A DNA stretch of 64,000 nt, taken from Chthoniobacteraceae bacterium (GTDB lineage Bacteria; Verrucomicrobiota; Verrucomicrobiia; Chthoniobacterales; Chthoniobacteraceae). The position numbers and the translations under genes are program-made. The DNA is taken from positions 82,543-146,542 of the forward strand of contig JBBCKI010000002.1 in NCBI GenBank assembly GCA_037190965.1, read 5' to 3'. The notes beneath the pieces are model-generated. The model was not told the DNA's origin, ran no database searches, and saw only the letters and a program-made list of their open reading frames with translations. Below are positions 29,915 through 39,874 of this stretch, in pieces (position 1 is the first letter of the stretch; each line of letters starts with the position of its first letter).

Positions 29915-29955
29915 CCGAACTCATGGGCAGGCCACTTCCTTGACCCTTACAGAAC

Positions 29956-31125
29956 ATGAATATCCTTCTGACTTGCGCCGGACGCCGAAACTATCTCGTG
30001 CAATACTTTGCCGAAGCCCTCGGCCATGAGGGAAAGGTCTTTACCGCTGACTCGAATCCCAATGCTCCAGCGCTTCAGGAAGCGGACGAAGGCATTATCT
30101 TACCGACCGTCGATCACCCGGATTACATTGACCGCCTTCTCGCCATTTGCCGTGAGAACCATATATCGCTACTGATTCCGCTCAATGACTTGGAACTGCC
30201 GCTGCTTGCCGGGCACAGGCAACGCTTTAGCGACATCAACACGACCCTGCTGGTTTCGTCGTCCACGGTCATTGATACCTGCTTTGACAAATGGGCGACC
30301 GCAAAATTCCTGCAACGGGCCGGCATTGCAGGGCCTAAGACCTATCTTGCCCCAAGCGACGCCCACGCTGCAATTCGCAGCGGTGAACTGGCTCTTCCGC
30401 TGATCCTCAAGCCAAGATGGGGCTCCGCTTCAATAGGCGTCGAAACGATCTTCGACAACAAGAACATCGAACCCAGCTATCATCTGGCGAAGGAACGCCT
30501 CCGCCGGAGCATTCTGGCAAATCCAAGCGCGAAAGCCCCTGATGCATCGCTGATTTTTCAGGAACGCTTAAACGGACAGGAATACGGCCTCGACGTGATT
30601 AACGACCTTTCGGGGCGCTATCTATTTACCTTCGTCAGACGAAAACTTGCCATGCGGGCAGGCGAAACCGATCACGCCGTCGCAATCAGGAACAGCAGGC
30701 TGGAAGCCTTGGGAGAACAGATCGGGAGATCTCTCGGACACGTCGGTATCCTTGATTGTGACGTGTTCGATTGTGACGGCAAGTTGAGCGTTCTCGAAAT
30801 GAATGCCCGTTTTGGTGGAGGGTATCCCTTTACCCATACGGCGGGAGCCAATCTTCCTGCAATTCTGATTACGTTGATCAAAGGGGGAACCCCAAGTCCC
30901 GACCTGTTTGCCATCAGAGAGAATACTGCCATCAGCAAATGCGACCGCCTCGTGGTCATAGAGCGCGATTTCAAACCAATCCTCCGTCCTGGAGAGAGCG
31001 GAATCGCAAGCACCTTTGTGCCTGCGGCCTGCGCCATGCTTGAAGAAATCGGCCTCTCGCTAAAAAACTGCTGCAAGCCCGAAGGGTTGCTTGCCACGAT
31101 TGAAATGGCCCTGGCCGCAATTTAG
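29956..31125 (+). CDS. ATP-grasp domain protein
   Basis: ILLTCAGRR, DKW, KPRWGSASIG, EMNARFGGGYP. Confidence 0.88.
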   Translation: MNILLTCAGRRNYLVQYFAEALGHEGKVFTADSNPNAPALQEADEGIILPTVDHPDYIDRLLAICRENHISLLIPLNDLELPLLAGHRQRFSDINTTLLVSSSTVIDTCFDKWATAKFLQRAGIAGPKTYLAPSDAHAAIRSGELALPLILKPRWGSASIGVETIFDNKNIEPSYHLAKERLRRSILANPSAKAPDASLIFQERLNGQEYGLDVINDLSGRYLFTFVRRKLAMRAGETDHAVAIRNSRLEALGEQIGRSLGHVGILDCDVFDCDGKLSVLEMNARFGGGYPFTHTAGANLPAILITLIKGGTPSPDLFAIRENTAISKCDRLVVIERDFKPILRPGESGIASTFVPAACAMLEEIGLSLKNCCKPEGLLATIEMALAAI

Positions 31126-31170
31126 TGCATCGTCAGTTAAATAACTGGCGTATTCATTTCCCTCATTCCC

Positions 31171-31322
31171 CCTCGTTACCAATCTCCAGATTGGTAATGC
31201 CAATGCCCCCGAATCTCTGATTCGAAAGCCTTGTCATCTCGTGCAGGGTGTCGGAACGGAAAGGCTTGCGAAACTGGAGTTTCGAAGACACGGGCGTCCC
31301 CAAACAGAGTTTGAGAACGAGG
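31171..31322. repeat. Four-hairpin REPIN/MITE-like family B, copy B1
   Basis: CCTCGTT...AACGAGG ends; homologous to 35057-35179, 43516-43676 and 62808-62836. Confidence 0.9.
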
Positions 31323-31400
31323 AAAATACTACAAAATTTATCCAACCCATGTGAACGAAGCATTGACGGCTGCGCTGAAGATTGCAAGATCGCCCGACCT

Positions 31401-32372
31401 ATGAAAGTGGCTATCGTTGGCGGAACCGGCAACATTAGTACCAGCATCGTTCGGGTGCTGATCAGGGAAGGACACGAAGTCGTTTGTTTCAATCGAGGGA
31501 AGCGCAGTTCTCCTCCGCCAGGGGTTCGGGTCATTACCGGCGACCGGAATGACCGGGCCCGTTTTGAACAGGCCATGCAGCAGGAAAAGTTCGATGCGGC
31601 GATCGATATGATCTGCTTCAATCCTGAAGAAGCGCGCAGCAGTGTACGTGCCTTCCAAGGGGTCCGGCACTTTGTGCAATGCTCCACGGTTTGCACCTAC
31701 GGCGTGAATTACGATTGCTTCCCCACCCCCGAAGATCACCCGTTGCGCCCCATCACAAGCTACGGCCAAGGCAAGGTCGAAGCGGACCGCGTTTTCATGG
31801 AAGCCTGGGAGCAGGAGGGGTTTCCCGTAACGATCATCAAGCCATCGACTACCTATGGGCCGCAGATGGGTTTACTGCGACAGGTGGCGTGGGACTTTGG
31901 ATGGATCGACCGCGTTCGCAAGGGCAAGCCGATTTTGATTTGCGAACAGGGCATTGCCCGACATCAATTTCTTCATGTGGATGACGCCGCTCTCGGATTC
32001 GCTGGGGTCCTGGCCAAATCACATTGTATCGGGCAGACCTACAATCTCGTTGCCCGCGGGTATACGACGTGGGCGGAGTATCACCGCCTGGCGATGAACG
32101 TTTTGGGAAGAGAGGTTGAATTAGTCAGTCTTCCGTTGCGGACGCTGATGGATATCGACGCGACCCGCTTCGATATTTGTGACAAAATATTTGCCCACTC
32201 CACGCACTACAGTTCCGAAAAGCTGTTCCGCGATGTGCCCGAATTCCAGCCCTGCATTGGCTTGGAAGAAGGGATGAGGCAAATCGTCGAGATCATGGAT
32301 CGCCAAAATCGAATTCCCAATTCCGATCTCGAAACGTGGGAAGACACAGTGATCGCATCGATCAGCAACTGA
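31401..32372 (+). CDS. NAD-dependent epimerase/dehydratase family protein
   Basis: GGTGNIS, YGQGK; ATG at 31401. Confidence 0.9.
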   Translation: MKVAIVGGTGNISTSIVRVLIREGHEVVCFNRGKRSSPPPGVRVITGDRNDRARFEQAMQQEKFDAAIDMICFNPEEARSSVRAFQGVRHFVQCSTVCTYGVNYDCFPTPEDHPLRPITSYGQGKVEADRVFMEAWEQEGFPVTIIKPSTTYGPQMGLLRQVAWDFGWIDRVRKGKPILICEQGIARHQFLHVDDAALGFAGVLAKSHCIGQTYNLVARGYTTWAEYHRLAMNVLGREVELVSLPLRTLMDIDATRFDICDKIFAHSTHYSSEKLFRDVPEFQPCIGLEEGMRQIVEIMDRQNRIPNSDLETWEDTVIASISN

Positions 32373-32407
32373 TTTGAACTCTTTCCTCGTGACTATACCG
32401 ACGGGCG

Positions 32408-34753
32408 TCAATTTCGACCCGCCCCGCGAGACATGATGTCCACGATGGCCGCATCCAGGATGCTCATTTCCACCGGCTTGGTGAGGTGATGCGAGAACCC
32501 GGCACGCAGGCTTTTTTGAATATCGTCTTCCGTGCCGAAACCGCTGAGAGCAATGCTGGGGAGGCCATGGCCATCGGACCGGAGTGCCACCGGAATATCG
32601 AGTCCCGAACCATCGGGAAGACCGATGTCGCTAATGACGAGATCGAAGGGATGATGGCGAAAGAGCTCGACGGCTTCGGCCACCCCGGAGGCGGTTCGGA
32701 CCGTATGACCGCGCCGTTCCAGCAGACGCTGTAGGGTCACGCGGGTGTCTTCATGGTCCTCGACCAATAAAATCCTCACCTGTTTCACTTCATTCGCGCT
32801 GCGTATCTCCGGCTTTGTTACGCTCTGATCGGTCAGGCAGAGGTCAAAGAAAAACTCGGCCCCTCCTCCCGAACTTTCCGCGCGAATTGTACCGCCATGG
32901 GCTTCCACCAATCCCCTGACGATGGCCAACCCCAGACCGAGCCCGCCATACCGCCGGGGAATCGATTGTTTCCCCTGCTCGAAGGCATCGAAGATCCGCT
33001 CCAGATTGCCAGGTTCAATACCGACGCCCGTGTCGGCCACCCGGATGTGAATGGGATCGCAGGATCCCCTCCTCTCCTTGTCCATCGAAGTTTCGAGGGT
33101 GATGATCCCCCCCGGCGGCGTAAACTTCATGGCATTGTCGAGAAGGTTCAGAAAAATCTGACGCAGCCGAATCGGGTCGCCATTAACGATATGCCGGGGA
33201 GCGTTAAGGAGCAGCCGGCAGCTAAGCCCCTTGCTGTGCAAGGCACTATCGATCCCCAAGAGCACCTCCTCAATCAAGACGTGAAGATCAACCGGCCTCA
33301 ATTCAAGCTTGAGCTTGCCACTGGACGATATACGCGTGAGATCAAGCAGATCATTAATGATGGAAGTCTCGTGCTCGATGTTGCGGCGCATCATTTCGAT
33401 CGTCGCGGGATCGGCAAGGCTCTGACCCTTGCCGATTTCACCCGAAAGGGCGGCGAGAACCGGGGTAAGCGGCGTCCGAAGTTCGTGAGAGATGACGGAG
33501 ATAAATCGATCCTTGGCTTTGCTGGCCGCCTCCAACTCTTCCTGGGTTCTCTTCCAATTTGAAATATCCTCCACCACCGAGATGAAGTATTTCGGCTCTC
33601 CTGCCGGAGTCCGCAACAAGGCCACCGTCAGATTACCCCAGACAAGGGAGCCATCCTTCTTCGAATAACGTTTTTCCGTCGTATAGCAGGAGAGTTCGCC
33701 GCTCAGCACACGCCGAAAGTAATCAAGATCCATTTCCAGATCTTCCGGGTAGGTGATGTCTTGAAAGGAAAGTTTGGCGAACTCCTCCCGGCTATATCCG
33801 AGAATTGTCGAAAGCCGATTATTGGTCCGCAGGAAGCGGCCGGTAACCGAGACGTGGGCAATGCCAACGGCGGTTTGTTCAAATGTCGCGCCAAAGTCGG
33901 TTTCCCGCATCCGTCTGCGGTGTTCCTCCTTGCGCCGGAGCATCTCCGATTTCGAAAGACGCGCTCCAAGAATCACCATTAGCAGGATAAAAACCCCGAG
34001 GCTGCAAACCACCAGCAGAGCAACTCCAAACTCCGAGGGATGCCACCCTTTTCGTTGCAAGAAAAGTTGCGCCCAACCAAGCAATGGGAGCGCGATCACA
34101 ACAACAAGAAGAAACCGCCGGAGGATTCGCGCGGTGGTGCTCGCGTTGACGAAGACAAGCATCAGCCCACTTTTAGCCCAAGCGCACAAAATTCCAAAAG
34201 CCAGCGTAACGATGATCAAAGCGCTCGACGCCCTCATCGGGCCATCGCCGGGAAAATAGCCACTCCGGTGATAAACATCGCGGAGCAGCGCGAAGAACCC
34301 CAAAGCCAGAGCGAGAGCCGCGAGGTACTCCGCAGGACGGATTCTACGGCGAACCGTCCAGTTCAATGTAGCGAGAGCCAACCCCAGGAGGACCAAAGAG
34401 AGCGCCTCACGTGGAGCAACGCCTGCGGTGCTTTCTGCCAGGGCGGCAATGCCGAAGCTTCCCCCGACGAGCCGATCGAAAAGAGCCAATCCCCCAATGG
34501 CGCAGACAACACCGCCCAGCGCCTTCGCCATTGACTGCACCGGCGGGTTTGCCGCTCTTCGTGTCCAAAACCAGAGAGAGAGACAACAAAGAAGAAAGGC
34601 AGCTGCCGGAAGAAAATGGATCCCGACAGCACCGATTACCCTAGAATCAGGGGTGTTGAAAAATGAGGCAGCGTAGGCCGCCAAGGTGAAAGCCGCGGCA
34701 AAGAACGGTACTTTTCGGGCGCAGGCCTGATAGCGCTCTTTGAGTGGATTCAT
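32408..34753 (-). CDS. Membrane hybrid sensor histidine kinase (multi-TM, PAS, HisKA, HATPase, REC)
   Basis: SHELRTPL, NLLDNAMKFT, DTGVG, GLGLGL, SDIGLPD. Confidence 0.95.
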   Translation of the reverse strand: MNPLKERYQACARKVPFFAAAFTLAAYAASFFNTPDSRVIGAVGIHFLPAAAFLLCCLSLWFWTRRAANPPVQSMAKALGGVVCAIGGLALFDRLVGGSFGIAALAESTAGVAPREALSLVLLGLALATLNWTVRRRIRPAEYLAALALALGFFALLRDVYHRSGYFPGDGPMRASSALIIVTLAFGILCAWAKSGLMLVFVNASTTARILRRFLLVVVIALPLLGWAQLFLQRKGWHPSEFGVALLVVCSLGVFILLMVILGARLSKSEMLRRKEEHRRRMRETDFGATFEQTAVGIAHVSVTGRFLRTNNRLSTILGYSREEFAKLSFQDITYPEDLEMDLDYFRRVLSGELSCYTTEKRYSKKDGSLVWGNLTVALLRTPAGEPKYFISVVEDISNWKRTQEELEAASKAKDRFISVISHELRTPLTPVLAALSGEIGKGQSLADPATIEMMRRNIEHETSIINDLLDLTRISSSGKLKLELRPVDLHVLIEEVLLGIDSALHSKGLSCRLLLNAPRHIVNGDPIRLRQIFLNLLDNAMKFTPPGGIITLETSMDKERRGSCDPIHIRVADTGVGIEPGNLERIFDAFEQGKQSIPRRYGGLGLGLAIVRGLVEAHGGTIRAESSGGGAEFFFDLCLTDQSVTKPEIRSANEVKQVRILLVEDHEDTRVTLQRLLERRGHTVRTASGVAEAVELFRHHPFDLVISDIGLPDGSGLDIPVALRSDGHGLPSIALSGFGTEDDIQKSLRAGFSHHLTKPVEMSILDAAIVDIMSRGAGRN

Positions 34754-35056
34754 TCTCTAGACGCCGCCTGCATTTCGCAACACCCCCGGACGGCTGCGAA
34801 TATCACCCTCAGCCTCCAACGTCGGATCTCAACCGTTCCGTTTGCTTTTTGCTCCATTGACAGCGGCATACACATCGGTTTTCGCCCCATCGGGAGGTAA
34901 CATCCTTCAAAAAGGAGCGAACGACCAGAGGAAAGTGCATGTCCTCGACGCATCCGCCCTGGAACGAAAACACTGACGCGCCGTCACCTTAATCAGGCCG
35001 AACTAACGAATCTGCCGAGTGGTAAAAGGCGCTTTTCGGCCAAAAATCGGCCTTTT

Positions 35057-35179
35057 CCTCGTTACCAATCTCCAGATTGGTAACGTCATTGTCCCCGAAT
35101 CTCTGATTCGAAAGCCTCTTCATCTCGTGGGTGCCGAAACGAACAGGGTTGTGAAACTGGAGGTTCGAAGACACGAGGC
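35057..35179. repeat. Family B, truncated copy B2
   Basis: First three hairpins present, fourth missing. Confidence 0.85.
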
Positions 35180-35208
35180 AAATACGAAACTTTTCTGACT
35201 GCAGGACA

Positions 35209-37935
35209 CTACCGGATCAAGTCTTCGAGCGTCTTGTCCGGCTCCGAACCGAGCAAGACCGCCTTCTTGTAATGCTTGCGGGCGTTCTCCTTGTCCGGCG
35301 GCTGTGCGGTGGCCAGCACGACGGCGAGATTGAAATGCGCATCGGCGTAAGCAGGATCGATCTGGAGCGCCGTTTCGATCTCCCGTTGCGCGGCTTCCTT
35401 CCACCCCTTCTGAGCCGCCGTCACCCCCAGATAATTGTGAGCCGTCGGATTCTTCGGGTTGATCGCCAACGAACGGGTAAGAGAGGTCACCGCCTCGTCG
35501 TACTTGCTCTGCTTGTAATAAACGATTCCCAGTGTGGCGTAGGAAAAAGCGTCCTCCGGAGCGATCGCGATCACCTTCTTAAAGGTCTCCTCCGCCAACT
35601 TCAGCTTTCCGGCACGGTAACGCGCGGCCCCGAGGTTGGAGAGCACGTACACACTGGAAGGCGCTTTACTGGCAAGCTTTTCGTAGGCGCGCTCAGCTTC
35701 CACGTACTGCCCCCGGTCGAATTTCTCCTTGGCCTCGCGTGCCAGCGGCTGGAGGTCATCGGGAAGGTTCGGGCGGGTGCCCGTCTCGACCGTGGGGGCG
35801 TCGCCGCCCTTGGCCGCCGCCTCACGCAAGGAGTCCCCTCCTTTGCCCACGCCCGCCGTCTCCGCGCCATCGGCATTGTTGGCGTTCATCTGGGGGGCGG
35901 CAATGGAGATCGCCATCGCATTGGTTTCGTTGTCGATGATCTCCATCTGCGGCGTCTTGAAGAGCGCACTCTCTTTTTCGCTCAACTTGATGACCGGTTG
36001 GCCAAGAAGCGCCACCTGCTCGTTCAAAGCCTTGGAGCGGACCTGCAAACGGCCCAATTCGGAGACGATCAGCTTGCGGGCCTGCTCCCGCCGCGCCTGG
36101 TTCTTGAGTTCCCGGGTCACGATGCCGCGAAGCAGTTCGTTCTCCTCCGTCAGCTTATTGACCTCCTCAGGATTCCCACCGGCTTCGGCGGCTGGCTGCG
36201 CTTTTGCGAGATCAAGCTGCGCCTGAAGTTCCTTGATCGTGTTGCTGCTCTTGTCGCTCTCCTGCTGGACGGCGACCAACTGCTCCTGCACGCCGGTCAG
36301 CTTTTGCTTGAGATCGGCGATCTCCTTCTCTTTTTCCGGGGCGCTGCTGTTGAATGAGGCGATCGTCGCCTGGGCTTCGTCGAGCTTTTTGACGAGCTCG
36401 CCCTTCTCTTCAAGCAGCTTCTCGAATTCCTCCTTCGCCTTGGCGGCCTTGGCGAGTTCGCCCAGCGCCTCGTCGCGCTGCTTGGTAGCGGCGTCACGCT
36501 CGCCGGTGATGGTTTCGACCTCCTTGCGGCTGGCTTCGAGCCGACCGGTCAGTTCGGTGCTTTCCGTCCGGGCGGTATCGCGTTCCTGGGTCATCGCGAT
36601 GAGCTTCTTCTCCGCTTCGGCAAGCTCCTCCGCCTTCTCCTCCACGGTCTTCTGGACGTCGGCAAGTTTCCCGGTCAACTCGGTGTTCTTATCCTTCTCC
36701 GCGTCGCGCTCCTTGGCGAGTTGCTTGCCGGTGCTCTCCAGCGTCTCGATCTGCTGCTGCGCGGCGGTCAACTGCTCGGTAATCTTCTCGTTTTCGGCAG
36801 AAATCGTCTTCGCCCTTTGTTCCGCCTCGGCCAGTTTGCCGGAGAGATCGGGGCGCTTGGCGAGGTCCGCCATCTTCCTGGCCATGATTTCTCCCTGCTC
36901 CTCGGCCACTTCGCGGTCTGCCCGCGCGTCATTGAGAGCTTCCTGAAGCTTGCTGATCTGCCTCTTCACACGAGCGCTAACTCCCGCCCCGGCGGTACCA
37001 TCCCCCTCCAGTTCCTTCCGTGCGGCGGCCAACTGGGCGACAAGATCGCCCTCGCTCGCCTTCGCCTTCTCCAACTGATTCTTGGCGTCGGCGGCGGCGG
37101 CCTTGGCCTCCTCCAATTCCGCCCGGAGCTGCCGGGTGGCCTCGTCGGAAGGGGCGCTGTCGCCGCCAGGGGTTTCTTTTTCCCCAGTCTTCGCCTGTTC
37201 CAACTCCGCCTTAAGTTTGACCTCGGTCTCATGCGCGGCGGTTAAAGCCTGCGTGGCGGACTCCGCCTGCGCTTTGGCCGCCTCGGTCTCTTTCGAAAGT
37301 TTATCAACTTCGCCGCTGGCGCGTTTCGCCTGCTCCACGGCTTGCTCCAACTGATCCGTAATCGTGGCCTTTTCCTTGCGGACCTCTTCAAGCTGCCGCT
37401 GGGAGAGATCGAGTTGATGCTTGAGCGCCGCCATCTGAGAGCGAATCTCCTGCGCCGCGGCCACAAGATCGGTCGGCCCGCCAACGGAACGCCCCGCCTC
37501 GGGAGAGGAAAGCGCCGCCGCACCACCAGCATCGCCTGCGCCAGCGGATGGATCGGTAATACCGGGCAGCAAATCGGTATTCAACTGATTCGCTGGAGCC
37601 GGAACTCCCGACATGGAAGCCGTGGCCGGTTCCTCCAGGGCCATCCATTGTTCAAGCTTTGCGATGGCGTCCCCGGTCTTCTTCTTACGGTAGGCGACGA
37701 TCAATGCCTGCCAATCGGGGTGACGATCATGCAGTTGATCGAGAAGGCTTCCCGCGTAGCGGTACTTGGAGAGCGCCGCCTTGTAATTTCCGTTCCCCTC
37801 CAGCTTTTCGGCCTGTTGCACGCTCATATAGGCGTTGAGAAAAATCTCCGAGGGGTCGGATTGCGCTTGCGCACGGGTCACGGGAGCCCAAGCGACCGCG
37901 CAGGCGACAGAAAGGAGGATCAGGGGGTGCCGCAT
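35209..37935 (-). CDS. Large secreted coiled-coil protein with C-terminal TPR repeats
   Basis: Signal peptide, long E/K/A heptad region, TPRs (SNLG, AHNYLG, AHFNLA); ATG at 37935. Confidence 0.88.
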   Translation of the reverse strand: MRHPLILLSVACAVAWAPVTRAQAQSDPSEIFLNAYMSVQQAEKLEGNGNYKAALSKYRYAGSLLDQLHDRHPDWQALIVAYRKKKTGDAIAKLEQWMALEEPATASMSGVPAPANQLNTDLLPGITDPSAGAGDAGGAAALSSPEAGRSVGGPTDLVAAAQEIRSQMAALKHQLDLSQRQLEEVRKEKATITDQLEQAVEQAKRASGEVDKLSKETEAAKAQAESATQALTAAHETEVKLKAELEQAKTGEKETPGGDSAPSDEATRQLRAELEEAKAAAADAKNQLEKAKASEGDLVAQLAAARKELEGDGTAGAGVSARVKRQISKLQEALNDARADREVAEEQGEIMARKMADLAKRPDLSGKLAEAEQRAKTISAENEKITEQLTAAQQQIETLESTGKQLAKERDAEKDKNTELTGKLADVQKTVEEKAEELAEAEKKLIAMTQERDTARTESTELTGRLEASRKEVETITGERDAATKQRDEALGELAKAAKAKEEFEKLLEEKGELVKKLDEAQATIASFNSSAPEKEKEIADLKQKLTGVQEQLVAVQQESDKSSNTIKELQAQLDLAKAQPAAEAGGNPEEVNKLTEENELLRGIVTRELKNQARREQARKLIVSELGRLQVRSKALNEQVALLGQPVIKLSEKESALFKTPQMEIIDNETNAMAISIAAPQMNANNADGAETAGVGKGGDSLREAAAKGGDAPTVETGTRPNLPDDLQPLAREAKEKFDRGQYVEAERAYEKLASKAPSSVYVLSNLGAARYRAGKLKLAEETFKKVIAIAPEDAFSYATLGIVYYKQSKYDEAVTSLTRSLAINPKNPTAHNYLGVTAAQKGWKEAAQREIETALQIDPAYADAHFNLAVVLATAQPPDKENARKHYKKAVLLGSEPDKTLEDLIR

Positions 37936-38007
37936 AAAAATAAGAAACGGGACGGTAGAGGAAAACCTGAGCCGTTGCAACTGCCTGCTTTTCCCCTTGC
38001 GGTCAAA

Positions 38008-38166
38008 TGGTGGCAGCACCGGTAGCCCGCTCACGCCGCCGAGCGCGGGGTTCGACCACCGTGTCTCCTCGAAGTCACATCGTAACAGCCGGCAGCCTGT
38101 CCTGCGGGGATGAACGCCAAACGCGACTCCTCACCGATCCCGCGCTCTCGGCGAGAGCGGGCTACC
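38008..38166 (-). repeat. REPIN-like family A, copy A5
   Basis: Both arms present; between divergent genes. Confidence 0.9.
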
Positions 38167-38234
38167 CGGCCTGTCCTCCCCCCTCCCATTCCCTCTTGAC
38201 GGGTACGGGCATGCCATAGGTTAATCCCGTACGC

Positions 38235-38930
38235 ATGTCGCTGACCATCCATGAGCTTCCCCCGGAGGAACGCCCCCGGGAAAAACTCGCCGAACGTGGC
38301 CCGGAAGCCCTAAGCGACAGCGAATTGATCGCGATCCTCCTGCGCACCGGTCTCCCGGGGGCCAACGCCGTGGAGATCGCCCGGCAATTGCTGATCCGCT
38401 ACGGTTCGCTCGGCAACCTGGCCCGGTGCTCCGTGGCGGAGATCGCCGGCATCAAGGGAATCGGCCCCGCGAAAGCCGTCCAACTCGCCGCCGCGTTCGG
38501 TCTCGGCGCGAGACTGGCGCGCGAGACGTTATCGCGAGAGAAGATTGACGAGCCGCAATTGGTCTACGATCTCCTGGCTCCGGAGATGCGGCATCTCCAC
38601 CAGGAATCGCTCCGGGTTCTCCTGCTCGACACCCGCCACCGGCTTATCCGGATCGAGGAGGTTTCCCTCGGCTCCGTGAACGAAAGCGTCGCCCACCCGC
38701 GCGAAATCTTTCGCCCCGCCCTGATCCATTCCGCCTTCGCGGTGATTGTCGCACACAATCATCCTTCGGGCGATCCAACCCCGAGCAGTACCGATATTCG
38801 CCTCACCCGGCGGTTGAAAGAAGCGGCGGAACTCCTCATGATCCGGCTGCTCGACCATGTCATTATTGGAGCCCCGGGAGCCGACAACCGCCACGGGTAC
38901 ACCAGTTTCCGACAACTCGGGCTATTATAA
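38235..38930 (+). CDS. radC: RadC (JAB/MPN domain) protein
   Basis: RPREKL, GIGPAKA, HPREIF, HNHPSGD, LDHVII. Confidence 0.95.
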   Translation: MSLTIHELPPEERPREKLAERGPEALSDSELIAILLRTGLPGANAVEIARQLLIRYGSLGNLARCSVAEIAGIKGIGPAKAVQLAAAFGLGARLARETLSREKIDEPQLVYDLLAPEMRHLHQESLRVLLLDTRHRLIRIEEVSLGSVNESVAHPREIFRPALIHSAFAVIVAHNHPSGDPTPSSTDIRLTRRLKEAAELLMIRLLDHVIIGAPGADNRHGYTSFRQLGLL

Positions 38931-38964
38931 AGAGAGACGTCATCCAAGCCGCCCAGTCGCTTCC

Positions 38965-39771
38965 ATGAGTTCCATTCACCCCACCGCCCTTGTCCATCCC
39001 GACGCCAAGCTCGGCCCCGGCGTTCAGATCGGCCCCTATGCCATCATCGAAGGCCCGGCACAAATTGGGGCCAACTGCGTGATCCGCGCGCATGCGATCC
39101 TTTCGGGGTACGTCAAAATGGGAGCCAACAACACCATCGGCTACGGGGCCGTGATCGGGGGCGACCCGCAGGACACCTCCTTTAATCCCGCCACGGAGAG
39201 CTGGGTGGTGATCGGCGACAACAATCGCCTCGGCGAATACACCACCCTCCACCGGGGGACCGGCGCGGGCACGGAAACCCGAGTCGGGAACCACTGCTTC
39301 CTGATGGGAGGCGCGCATCTTGCTCACAACGTCTCCCTCGAGGACCGGGTCATCATCGCCAACAATTCGTTGCTTGGGGGCCACGTCCAGGTGGAGTCCG
39401 GCGTTTTCATCGGCGGCGGCTGCGTTTTTCACCAATTCGTCCGCGTGGGGCGCAACGTCATCGTGCAAGGGCAAAGCGCCTTGAGCAAGGACGTCCCCCC
39501 GTTTCTCCTTGCCTGCCGCCGCAACCGGGTGGCCGGGCTCAACAGCGTGGGTCTGAGGCGAAGCGGTTTCAACGCGGCCCAACGGCAGGAAATCAAGGAG
39601 GCTTTCAAGCTCCTTTACAAAAGCGGGTTCAACACGACCCAGGCACTCGCCGCCGCCAAAGAGCGTTGCTGGGGCCCGGAGGCCGAAATCTTCTTCAGCT
39701 TCGTGGCCGCCGCCAAAAAACGGGGCATCTGCGATCTGGCGGATTCCCGCCGTGGCGCGGAGGAAGAGTGA
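38965..39771 (+). CDS. lpxA: UDP-N-acetylglucosamine O-acyltransferase
   Basis: IHPTA, hexapeptide repeats, PQD, HRGT, HQF, GLNSVGLRR. Confidence 0.9.
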   Translation: MSSIHPTALVHPDAKLGPGVQIGPYAIIEGPAQIGANCVIRAHAILSGYVKMGANNTIGYGAVIGGDPQDTSFNPATESWVVIGDNNRLGEYTTLHRGTGAGTETRVGNHCFLMGGAHLAHNVSLEDRVIIANNSLLGGHVQVESGVFIGGGCVFHQFVRVGRNVIVQGQSALSKDVPPFLLACRRNRVAGLNSVGLRRSGFNAAQRQEIKEAFKLLYKSGFNTTQALAAAKERCWGPEAEIFFSFVAAAKKRGICDLADSRRGAEEE

Positions 39772-39874
39772 CCGGAAAAAGTAGGCGCAATCCTCAATCG
39801 ACAACGCGCCATTTGCATCATAGGTTTTTTGTCCGCTTCGTCAGATTAAGTTATCCTTTTTTATCCCTTTTTCA

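Noticed and set aside
31171..31322. Repeats as a CRISPR array or tRNA
   Set aside because: Copies are dispersed, with no repeat-spacer periodicity, no cas genes and no cloverleaf. The CCA at the end of the family A tail belongs to a 5-bp hairpin.
38235..38930. radC as a mobile-element marker
   Set aside because: It is the full-length form with an HhH region, sitting among core genes (lpxA, dnaX).
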